The notes beneath the pieces were generated by a model. That model saw only the letters and a list, made by a program, of their open reading frames with translations. It ran no database searches and was not told the DNA's origin. From contig WGFM01000021.1 of NCBI GenBank assembly GCA_015492245.1, forward strand, positions 52,584 through 116,583: a DNA stretch of 64,000 bases, read 5' to 3'. Made by a program: the position numbers and the translations under genes. Shown here piece after piece: positions 9,485 to 17,363 of the stretch. Position 1 is the first letter of the stretch. Each line of letters begins with the position of its first letter. Source of the stretch: Deltaproteobacteria bacterium (lineage in GTDB: Bacteria > Desulfobacterota > GWC2-55-46 > DRQE01).

Positions 9485-10192
9485 ATGAACTGGGATTTCA
9501 TGTTATTCGGCACATTGCCGTATGTGTTCATAACCATAGCGATAGTGGGTACCATATACAGGTACATGGTGAACAGATTCTCCTGGTCGAGTCTTTCCTC
9601 GCAGTTCCTCGAGAACAAGGTGCTGTTTTTTGGCTCCTTTCCGTGGCATTTTGGTATAATACTGGTGCTGCTTGGACACATAATAGCCATACTAATACCT
9701 GGCACCTTTCTTGCCTGGAATGCCGTGCCGGTAAGACTCTATCTACTTGAACTGAGTGGCCTCATACTTGGACTCCTGGCTCTCATAGGGCTGCTTATGT
9801 TCATATACAGAAGGCTTACAGACAGCAGGGTAAGGGCTGTAACCAGCTCATGGGATGTGTTGATACTTATAATACTTGCGATACAGGTGCTTACAGGGCT
9901 TGGCAACGCCCTTCTTTACAGGTGGGGTAGCAACTGGTATGCTTCATCTGCAGTACCCTGGATATGGTCAGTCATTACACTCAATCCTCAGGTTGAGTAC
10001 ATAGCATCCCTGCCACTTCTTGCAAAGATTCACATCTTTAACGCCCTTATATTTATACTGCTCATACCTTTCTCAAGGCTTGTGCACTTCCTGGCATTCA
10101 TAGGGCCGCTGAAGTATCTCACAAGGTCTTACCAGCTTGTCAGGTGGTATACGAGGGCACCAAGGACAGAGGCTATTCGCCAGTATAAATAA
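9485..10192 (+). CDS. narI: Nitrate reductase gamma subunit (cytochrome b)
   Basis: WSSLSSQFLE, PWHFGI..VLLGH, KIH...PFSRLVH heme His; 5 TM. Confidence 0.95.
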   Translation: MNWDFMLFGTLPYVFITIAIVGTIYRYMVNRFSWSSLSSQFLENKVLFFGSFPWHFGIILVLLGHIIAILIPGTFLAWNAVPVRLYLLELSGLILGLLALIGLLMFIYRRLTDSRVRAVTSSWDVLILIILAIQVLTGLGNALLYRWGSNWYASSAVPWIWSVITLNPQVEYIASLPLLAKIHIFNALIFILLIPFSRLVHFLAFIGPLKYLTRSYQLVRWYTRAPRTEAIRQYK

Positions 10193-10208
10193 ACGAAAAA
10201 AACAGAGA

Positions 10209-10264
10209 AGTGGGGCCGTCCATCTGTATTTAGTTTCTATGAGGCGGCTCCACTAAATTTTTTT
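10209..10264 (+). terminator. Probable intrinsic terminator after narI
   Basis: AGTGGGGCCGTC...GGCGGCTCCACT stem (with G-U pairs) followed by a T run. Confidence 0.6.
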
Positions 10265-10276
10265 GTTGAACAATCC

Positions 10277-10304
10277 TTGACAAGTGCTCATTTGGGGTTA
10301 GAAT
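10277..10304 (+). promoter_or_regulatory. Sigma70 promoter
   Basis: TTGACA(10277)-N16-TAGAAT(10299) upstream of the Cys-rich ORF. Confidence 0.55.
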
Positions 10305-10334
10305 CTCTTCAAATACAAGGGGGAGGTGAGCACG

Positions 10335-10646
10335 ATGCCGAAGGTAAGCGAGTTTGACAGATTTGGTATAGAGAATATGTCAAAGGAGGAATATGAGGAG
10401 CGGCAGCGATATGTATTAAAGAACTGCCTGTGTCCCGGTTGCCCCACATATGTGGAGGGCGACTATCCCTATGGATATTGCTTTCCCCCCATAGGAACGA
10501 GCAGGAAGATAATGCATGAGAAGGAATGCATCTGCGAGACATGTTCTGTGTACAGTGAGTATGAACTCAACCATACATTCTACTGCACCCGCTGTTCACA
10601 GCTGTGCCAGACATATAAGCAGGAAGTGCCAGCAGGACACGAGTAA
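10335..10646 (+). CDS. Small Cys-rich protein, DUF2769-like (putative Fe-S/Zn binding)
   Basis: CLCPGCPTY...YCF...ECICETCSV...FYC..C..LC; GGGAGG RBS before ATG 10335. Confidence 0.75.
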   Translation: MPKVSEFDRFGIENMSKEEYEERQRYVLKNCLCPGCPTYVEGDYPYGYCFPPIGTSRKIMHEKECICETCSVYSEYELNHTFYCTRCSQLCQTYKQEVPAGHE

Positions 10647-10750
10647 AGGCCGCCTTGTGGTATCTCTTGTGCCAGCCAGATGCTTTCTTGTTCCGTCTAT
10701 TTTGAAACTGACTTCTGATGTCAAATCTCCGGCGGGATAGCGTGGTGAGC

Positions 10751-11599
10751 ATGATTCCACCGATACATACTATAATCATGGTCCTGTTGCTTGTGAGCCT
10801 TCCTGTGGTATCAGCAACTGCTACCGAGATTCTGGTGCCCCAGCAGTATGGAACCATTGGCCAGGCAATAAAGAATGCCAGAAGTGGAGACAGGATAGTT
10901 GTAGGCAAAGGCACATACAGGGAGAATATTGTTATAACGACACCTGTGGTGCTTCAGGCCCAAAGTGGTCCACAGGATACGGTGCTCGAGCCCCTTAACC
11001 CATCACTGCCTGTCATAAAGGTTGTGGATACAGAGAAGGTGGGGATAAAGGGGTTTACCATAAAGGGCTCCTCTGTGGCAGGGGTACATCTTCTAAGGAC
11101 CAAGAGCAGCGAACTGAGAGATTCCCTCATAGAGGAGAACCTCCACGGTGTGCTCATAGAGTATTCCTCTTACAACATGATCTATGAGAATACCATCACC
11201 AGAAATACCGATGGCATAAGTATCTACTATTCCAGTAACAACATGGTGGTGGGCAACAGTGTGGACAGAAACAGTGAGAAGGGGATCCTGCTCCTTTCTT
11301 CGCATCGCAATGTGATAAGGAACAACAGCTTCGATGCCAACTGGTGGAATGGCATAACCCTTCTTTCTTCGCACAATAACACGATAATCAACAACAGTGT
11401 GGTCCAGAACAGCTACGCCATAGTGGTTACAGAGTCTGCGGGCAATATCATAAGGGATAACTATACCATGCGACGGCTCTATTTCATCCTGCCTGTTGCA
11501 CTTGTCTATCTTGGGATAATATTCTATCTGGTGGAGAGAAAGATATTCGCCCTTTACTATTCTGACAGGGTAAAGCGTATCTGGAAGTTTAGAGATTAG
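10751..11599 (+). CDS. Exported right-handed parallel beta-helix protein (NosD-domain-like) with C-terminal membrane anchor
   Basis: Signal peptide, VPQQYGTIGQAI...GDRIVVGKGTYREN, repeated S.N.I..N..N..GI turns, C-terminal hydrophobic helix; start uncertain (10718/10751/10778). Confidence 0.8.
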   Translation: MIPPIHTIIMVLLLVSLPVVSATATEILVPQQYGTIGQAIKNARSGDRIVVGKGTYRENIVITTPVVLQAQSGPQDTVLEPLNPSLPVIKVVDTEKVGIKGFTIKGSSVAGVHLLRTKSSELRDSLIEENLHGVLIEYSSYNMIYENTITRNTDGISIYYSSNNMVVGNSVDRNSEKGILLLSSHRNVIRNNSFDANWWNGITLLSSHNNTIINNSVVQNSYAIVVTESAGNIIRDNYTMRRLYFILPVALVYLGIIFYLVERKIFALYYSDRVKRIWKFRD

Positions 11600-11602
11600 C
11601 CT

Positions 11603-11941
11603 ATGTGGATAGTATTTCTTGCAAGTCTTGGATTTATCTTTGCGGTGGCAAGTTTCATAGGTGGCTTTCGCATGGTAAGAAAGACGGACCATGAGGAAGA
11701 GGCGGTGATGCACAAGATGAACGGCTACATAACCGTTGGGATATATGTGGTGCTTGCTGTCCTATTCCTCAAGGACAAACACAGCCTCTTTTATGTGAGT
11801 CTGTGGGCACTCGGTCTGGTTGTGCACCTGTTCAAACTCTTTATGGCCCGCAGGGGGCTTGGTGTGAGATATGGTGGATATATCGGTGCAATGTTGATTA
11901 TAACATGGCTTGTGGTCATCTTCAGCCATCTTCCATCATAG
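11603..11941 (+). CDS. Small 4-TM membrane protein with intramembrane His residues
   Basis: Four hydrophobic segments, HKMNG and VVHLFK; 3 bp after the previous gene. Confidence 0.7.
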   Translation: MWIVFLASLGFIFAVASFIGGFRMVRKTDHEEEAVMHKMNGYITVGIYVVLAVLFLKDKHSLFYVSLWALGLVVHLFKLFMARRGLGVRYGGYIGAMLIITWLVVIFSHLPS

Positions 11942-12667
11942 ATTGCCGAGTTCATCCACCCCGAACAGGGTTATTCTCGAAAGGTCTCTTCCAGGGAAGA
12001 ATTCGCGCAGGTGGCTCAGGACTACATGTTTCGGTGCAAAGCTTGCAAGAACTGTGGTTATGCGCCCCTGGGATACCCTGTTTATGGTATCCAGAAGCTC
12101 GAGCTGGTGTTCTTTCTCCTTTATGTATACCTTCACCTTTGTCTCGAAGACCATCCCCTGTTCCCTCGTCCTGTCCCATAGGGCAACATCCACCTTCTGT
12201 CCCTCCTCCTTGGAGCGTTTTCGCGAGTCCCATTCGTCTATGACCACGAAACATTCACGGCTTATTAACACATCTTTCCTGTTGCCATGGTGTTGGAGCA
12301 TCTTCCTGTATATGTAGGACTCAGGGAATATGCTTCGGAATTTTCCTAGCCTGTCCCAGCCCTCGTAGGTCTGGGGAAAGCTGGAATACAGGGCAAACAG
12401 GTGGGTGAAAAATTTCATGTAGGTCTCGTCCCGCTCGAAGCTCTTTCTTTTTACCCATGCCTTTACCCGTGGTGGAAGATGTCTGGTGGCTTGTATGCTC
12501 GAGAGGTCCTCCTCTCTGTAGCAGAAGCATATTATGGAGGCGTAGTTGTAGAACTCCTCTCCGCTCTTGGAGAGAAGTATGGACAGTATTGCCTGCACAT
12601 CAGGATCACTTTCTATGGATTCCATGTATCGAAGTGCTCTTTCGTCTACAGGAAAGCTGACGAACAA
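11936..12667 (-). CDS. Hypothetical protein with PD-(D/E)xK nuclease-like motif
   Basis: FPESYIY...KVDVALWD...MVFETK...HQLELL; AGGAGGAG upstream of TTG start. Confidence 0.65.
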   Translation of the reverse strand: MFVSFPVDERALRYMESIESDPDVQAILSILLSKSGEEFYNYASIICFCYREEDLSSIQATRHLPPRVKAWVKRKSFERDETYMKFFTHLFALYSSFPQTYEGWDRLGKFRSIFPESYIYRKMLQHHGNRKDVLISRECFVVIDEWDSRKRSKEEGQKVDVALWDRTREQGMVFETKVKVYIKEKEHQLELLDTINRVSQGRITTVLASFAPKHVVLSHLREFFPGRDLSRITLFGVDELGNL

Positions 12668-12699
12668 GGCAGTTAACTCTCCTCCTGTTGTAGAAGATT

Positions 12700-13320
12700 C
12701 TACTCGTCTTCAAGGGATTTTCTTGCTGCATCCATGCCGGTCCGTTTGGAGGCAGAAGCTCCATCAGAAGTGGCTGTGTATTCTTCGGAAGACTTGATGA
12801 GGGATAGATACTCAAGGTCCTTCCTGTAGTAATGGGGGAGTGATTCGAGCCAGAGAAGATACTCTGGATCATCTCTGCTGCGGAGCTCTTTGAGCCCGAA
12901 CAGAAGGTAATCGCCTGTGTGAGCAAGCTGTGTAACTTCTTCGATGTTTCCGGCCCTTATGCTCTCTACAAAATTCACCAGTTGTGGCAGTATGCGTTTT
13001 ACAAGTGTGGCGCTGGTGTTGTCTGTAAGGTGCTCTTTGAGCCTCTTTATTCCTTCTTCCTTAGATAGTTCCCTTGCGTCCTGGGGATGTAGAACCAGCC
13101 CCTTTTTTATGAACCTGTTTATGTGGGTGAGATACTCGAGACAGAAGAGCACACATACAGCCGTTGCCGCAAGATGAGACAGCTCCTTTTCAACATCCTC
13201 ATCATCTATATGCCATAGAGTGGAGATACGATTATAGACGAGCTCTGAAAGGCTGTGGACAAACCTCTCTTCCAGTATGGACTCAAGAGAGTCTATTGCT
13301 TCTTCGTTGAAGTCATTCAT
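12700..13320 (-). CDS. Hypothetical acidic helical protein
   Basis: Open 206 codons, GGAGGGAGG RBS before ATG 13320; no recognisable motif. Confidence 0.65.
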   Translation of the reverse strand: MNDFNEEAIDSLESILEERFVHSLSELVYNRISTLWHIDDEDVEKELSHLAATAVCVLFCLEYLTHINRFIKKGLVLHPQDARELSKEEGIKRLKEHLTDNTSATLVKRILPQLVNFVESIRAGNIEEVTQLAHTGDYLLFGLKELRSRDDPEYLLWLESLPHYYRKDLEYLSLIKSSEEYTATSDGASASKRTGMDAARKSLEDE

Positions 13321-13403
13321 AGACCTCCCTCCAGGATAATCATATTCTCTGCAATATGTCCTGTCAAGGGATTTCTTCCATCCACCACAAAGAAAAAACT
13401 CGA

Positions 13404-13423
13404 TTGACAATATTTTGACAATA
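13404..13423. promoter_or_regulatory. 11-bp-period direct repeat (TTGACAATA x2) in divergent promoter region
   Basis: TTGACAATA-TT-TTGACAATA; reads TGTCA-N6-TGTCA on minus strand. Confidence 0.45.
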
Positions 13424-13483
13424 GTGTAATTTAAGATAGGAATATTACCGTTACCACTATACTACACATTAGAGCCTTACAGC

Positions 13484-14857
13484 ATGAGAAAGATTCTTGT
13501 AATAGAAGATGAAGAGTCTATAAGAGAATACATCACGGAGCTTCTCTCGGGGGAGGGCTACAGGGTCTTTGCAGCAGATGGTGGACAGGATACCGGTGAT
13601 GTTCTCTCCAGATTCTCTCCCCACATTGTGATAACAGATCTGAGGCTTCCTGATAAAAGTGGTATAGATGTGGTAAAGACTGTGAAGAAGCTGAACCAGG
13701 AGGCCGTGTGCATAGTCATAACAGCTTATGCCACCGTGGAGAGTGCGGTGGAGGCCATGAAGGCAGGGGCATTCACATATCTTAAAAAACCATTCTCCAA
13801 GGAGGAACTCTTACTCGCCCTCAAAGAGGCAGAGTGTGTATATGGACTTAAGCGAGAAAACACCCTCTTAAGGCAAAAACTTCAGAGAAGATATGAAGAA
13901 ACCATACTGGGTTCAAGCTCTACCATCGAGAGGGTAAGGTGGCTCATAAGAAAGGTTGCAGACAGTGATTCCACGGTGCTCATACTGGGCGAGAGCGGAA
14001 CGGGCAAGGAACTGGTTGCAAGGGCACTGCATAATCTCAGCTCAAGATACAATAAGCCCTTTGTGCCCATAAACTCTGGTGCCATACCGGAGAACCTCCT
14101 GGAGAGCGAACTGTTTGGATACGAAAAGGGTGCTTTTACAAACGCCATTGCCACGAAGATTGGCAAGCTCGAGGCAGCAGATGGTGGCACAGTCTTCTTT
14201 GACGAAATAGGCGACATGAGCCCAGCCCTTCAGGTGAAGGTCCTAAGGGTTCTTCAGGAGCGGGAATTCGAGCGGATAGGTGGAAGAAGGAGCATAAAGG
14301 TGGACATAAGGGTTATTGCAGCAACAAACAGAAACCTCGAGGACATGGTAATAAACAAGAGCTTCAGGGAAGACCTCTATTACAGGTTGAATGTCATCCC
14401 CATACAGCTTCCACCACTCAGAGACAGGAAGGAAGACATACCAGTGCTGGTGGCACACTTCATGGACACCATATCGAGACAGAAAAGACGCAACATAACC
14501 GGGATAGAACCAGAGGCATTGAAGCTCCTTACAGGCTATCACTGGCCAGGCAATGTGAGAGAACTGGAGAACCTTATGGAAAGGGTTATAATACTCAAAG
14601 GAGAGGGAGAGATAACCATACGGGACATCGAGGACTCCCTACATGTGAAAAGGCTCCAGCAGGAGCCATCCCAGGACACAATGGAGCTACCACCAGAAGG
14701 AGTGGACTTCAATACCGAGGTCCATGAGTTCGAAAAAAAGCTGATACTTACAGCACTAAAAAAGAACAACTGGATCAAGAAAAAGGCAGCAGACTATCTG
14801 AGCCTTAACAGAACCACCCTCATAGAAAAGATGAAGAGGATGGGGCTTATAAGTTAG
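13484..14857 (+). CDS. Sigma54-dependent response regulator (REC-AAA+-HTH), probable flagellar master regulator (FleQ/FlrA-like)
   Basis: REC (DLRLPD), GESGTGKE, ESELFG.EKGAFTNA, WPGNVREL, HTH LSLNRTTLIEKMKR; first gene of the flagellar cluster. Confidence 0.9.
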   Translation: MRKILVIEDEESIREYITELLSGEGYRVFAADGGQDTGDVLSRFSPHIVITDLRLPDKSGIDVVKTVKKLNQEAVCIVITAYATVESAVEAMKAGAFTYLKKPFSKEELLLALKEAECVYGLKRENTLLRQKLQRRYEETILGSSSTIERVRWLIRKVADSDSTVLILGESGTGKELVARALHNLSSRYNKPFVPINSGAIPENLLESELFGYEKGAFTNAIATKIGKLEAADGGTVFFDEIGDMSPALQVKVLRVLQEREFERIGGRRSIKVDIRVIAATNRNLEDMVINKSFREDLYYRLNVIPIQLPPLRDRKEDIPVLVAHFMDTISRQKRRNITGIEPEALKLLTGYHWPGNVRELENLMERVIILKGEGEITIRDIEDSLHVKRLQQEPSQDTMELPPEGVDFNTEVHEFEKKLILTALKKNNWIKKKAADYLSLNRTTLIEKMKRMGLIS

Positions 14858-14871
14858 GTCATTTAATTGAC
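14858..14871. promoter_or_regulatory. Candidate enhancer, FleQ-type box
   Basis: GTCATTTAATTGAC (GTCA-N6-TGAC) about 115 bp upstream of a sigma54 promoter. Confidence 0.6.
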
Positions 14872-14984
14872 GCCTTCTGTGTCCATAATCCCGTCATGAA
14901 TAATACACAAAAATCCTCACCGTATTGTTCTAACCAGCTGTTTTTCCACTGATAATCACTCCTCTTGCAGCAGGCCAACATCTG

Positions 14985-15000
14985 TGGCACATATATTGCA
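14985..15000 (+). promoter_or_regulatory. Sigma54 (-24/-12) promoter
   Basis: TGGCAC-ATATA-TTGCA. Confidence 0.85.
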
Positions 15001-15017
15001 ACATAATATTGTGCAAG

Positions 15018-17363
15018 ATGTCATGGTTTCGAATCCTTTTCATATTTGCCTTTACGGCCTTACCTCCTGCAACTCTTCATGCAGCAGGGCTTGTGGACAT
15101 AAGGGCAGGTGGGCATGGAGAGAGAGAGAGGATTGTAGTGGAGCTGACCCAGAGGGCAGAGTTTCGTGTAGAGGAGAGGGAAGGCGGGCTTGTTGTATCG
15201 ATAAAAGGGGTTGCCTTTGATGGATATACGAGGAAGTTGCCCGAGGGTGCCCTCTTCAGGGTGGAGGGGATGGAGGGTGATGCAGGAGGGGTCAGAATAA
15301 AGATAGGGTTCAGGGCAGATGTAGAACTGAAAGAGGGCTTCATGGACGAGCCATTCAGGATAGTGATAGACCTTTTAAAGAAGAGAGGGGAAGAGAAGAC
15401 CATGAGAGACGAGAGCACGGAAACAGGGGAGGACAATAAGGGGGTGGCGGAACAGACTTCCACAGAGGGTTTTCTGCGAGAGCCGGTGAGCATGGATTAT
15501 GTGCCACAACTTGAGTCTGGAACGAAGATGACCACTGGAAAGGACAGGGGGGTAGAGTTCAATGACGGCTGGAGGTGGATATACAGAAAGAAGGTGCACA
15601 AAAGGGTTGTCCTTTCAGAGGACATGGCTGTGGAGCTTAAGGGACTTGCAGGTGGAATGGTTGACGAGAAGGGACTCAAAGAGTTTGAGGCAGCCCTTGT
15701 TGGTACAGGCATTGCGGAAGGGCTCGGGGAGTTGAAGAAAAGATACAGCACCACCACGGCAGCACTTGTAAGGTTTGTGCAGGCCTACATCTACGAGAGA
15801 AAGGGCTTCTATCCCGAGGCCATTGCACACTACAGGATGGCAGTGGAGGAGGCTGTTGCGCAGGAAAACGACACACTTCTGAGGGAGGCGCTCTTCAGAG
15901 AGGGGCTTGCAAGCTTCCTTCAGACAAAGTTTTCAGACTCCATAGGACCCCTTAAAAGGGCTTATGGCATGGGACACCTGAAGGCAGGGGGGTATCTTGC
16001 CAGTGTGTATCTTATAAGGGGGGAGGCTGGTAGGGCATGGAGGATATTCTCTAAACTCCAGGGGATAGGACATTCTCTAACCATCCTGGGCATAGCAGAT
16101 CTCAGCATGGGAGCAGGCAGATACAGGCATGCCCGCCTGCTGTATGGAAGGCTTTTCAATAAATATTCAGAAAGTGAAGAGATTGGTGCCTTTCTCATGC
16201 TTCGTATGGCAGATGCCTACCGTGCAGAAGGCAACATGGCCCAGGCCAGACAACTTTACACCAGGATAAAAGATGGATTCAAGGATGAGGCAATGGTCAT
16301 GGGCATGCTTGGTCTGGCCGAACTCTTGAGCATCAAGGGGGGGACAGAATCTCTTGCAATGGCCAGGAGTCTCTACAGGGCGGTGATATCCCATGACTAT
16401 CTGGCCACAGAGTATGCCTACACGGCCGTTGCAGAGCTGGAGGCTCGGCTCGGCAGTTACCAGCGTGCAATACTATATCTGGAAGAGATGACACAGAGGT
16501 ATCCCACAGGAGAACACCGATACAGGGCCTATGAGCTGAGAGGTTACATAGTTCATAAATGGATAGAGAGTCTCTTCAAGAAGAAGGATTACCACATGAT
16601 AGCCAGAATATACAGGATATATGAAAGAGAGATACCCTTCGGACTCAAGGCACATACATATCTGGCGGCAGGAAGGGCATTCATGGAGCTATCCCTCTAC
16701 AGAGAGGCCATAGAGGCGCTAAAGAATGCTGTCAAGATGAGTAAACAGGATATATCACAGGAGGCCCTGGTGCTCATAGGGTTCTCCTACATGAAACTTG
16801 ATGAGTTGAGCAGGGCACAGAGGGTTATAGAGGGCTTCCTTGAGAGCTATCCGGATAGCAGGCTCAAGGACAGGGCCATGAAGGTGCTTGCCATGGTCTA
16901 TCATGCAAGGGGGGAGGATAAGGGGCTTGCTTCCATAACAAGCAGGGACCCCGATGTGCTTTTGCTCAAGGCCTCGAGTCTTTACAGGCTGCACAGATAC
17001 AGTGAGGCAGAGAGCATACTGGATGAAGTGGCGGTGATCATCTCGAAGAATGGGGGGAAGGAGGAAAGACTCGCCCATATATACATAACCCTGGGAGACA
17101 TAGCCTTCACAGAAGGCAGCTACAAGAGGGGTATAGAGCGCTATACAAGGGCAAAGGAGCTGTCTAAATGGCTGTCAGAGGATGATATTGCCTGGATAGA
17201 CCTGCGCCTTGCCGATGGATATAAAAGGCTTGGATATTACGAGGCCATGGAGAGCTTCGTCGAAGAGTTGAACAACGGCAGGCGAGAAGACGACATCTTT
17301 GAGGAGTTTGTAGACCTCATACTCGATGACGAGGTAGAAAGATGGAAGGAGACTCTACATTGA
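15018..17363 (+). CDS. Exported AMIN/beta-sandwich + tetratricopeptide repeat protein
   Basis: Signal peptide, IRAGGHGERERIVVEL...PFRIVIDL (AMIN-like), many TPR units (A..Y...G.Y.EA...Y). Confidence 0.8.
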   Translation: MSWFRILFIFAFTALPPATLHAAGLVDIRAGGHGERERIVVELTQRAEFRVEEREGGLVVSIKGVAFDGYTRKLPEGALFRVEGMEGDAGGVRIKIGFRADVELKEGFMDEPFRIVIDLLKKRGEEKTMRDESTETGEDNKGVAEQTSTEGFLREPVSMDYVPQLESGTKMTTGKDRGVEFNDGWRWIYRKKVHKRVVLSEDMAVELKGLAGGMVDEKGLKEFEAALVGTGIAEGLGELKKRYSTTTAALVRFVQAYIYERKGFYPEAIAHYRMAVEEAVAQENDTLLREALFREGLASFLQTKFSDSIGPLKRAYGMGHLKAGGYLASVYLIRGEAGRAWRIFSKLQGIGHSLTILGIADLSMGAGRYRHARLLYGRLFNKYSESEEIGAFLMLRMADAYRAEGNMAQARQLYTRIKDGFKDEAMVMGMLGLAELLSIKGGTESLAMARSLYRAVISHDYLATEYAYTAVAELEARLGSYQRAILYLEEMTQRYPTGEHRYRAYELRGYIVHKWIESLFKKKDYHMIARIYRIYEREIPFGLKAHTYLAAGRAFMELSLYREAIEALKNAVKMSKQDISQEALVLIGFSYMKLDELSRAQRVIEGFLESYPDSRLKDRAMKVLAMVYHARGEDKGLASITSRDPDVLLLKASSLYRLHRYSEAESILDEVAVIISKNGGKEERLAHIYITLGDIAFTEGSYKRGIERYTRAKELSKWLSEDDIAWIDLRLADGYKRLGYYEAMESFVEELNNGRREDDIFEEFVDLILDDEVERWKETLH

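Noticed and set aside
10751-11599. Calling this gene nosD of a nitrous oxide reductase cluster
   Set aside because: No nosZ/F/Y/L in the window; only the generic beta-helix fold is supported.
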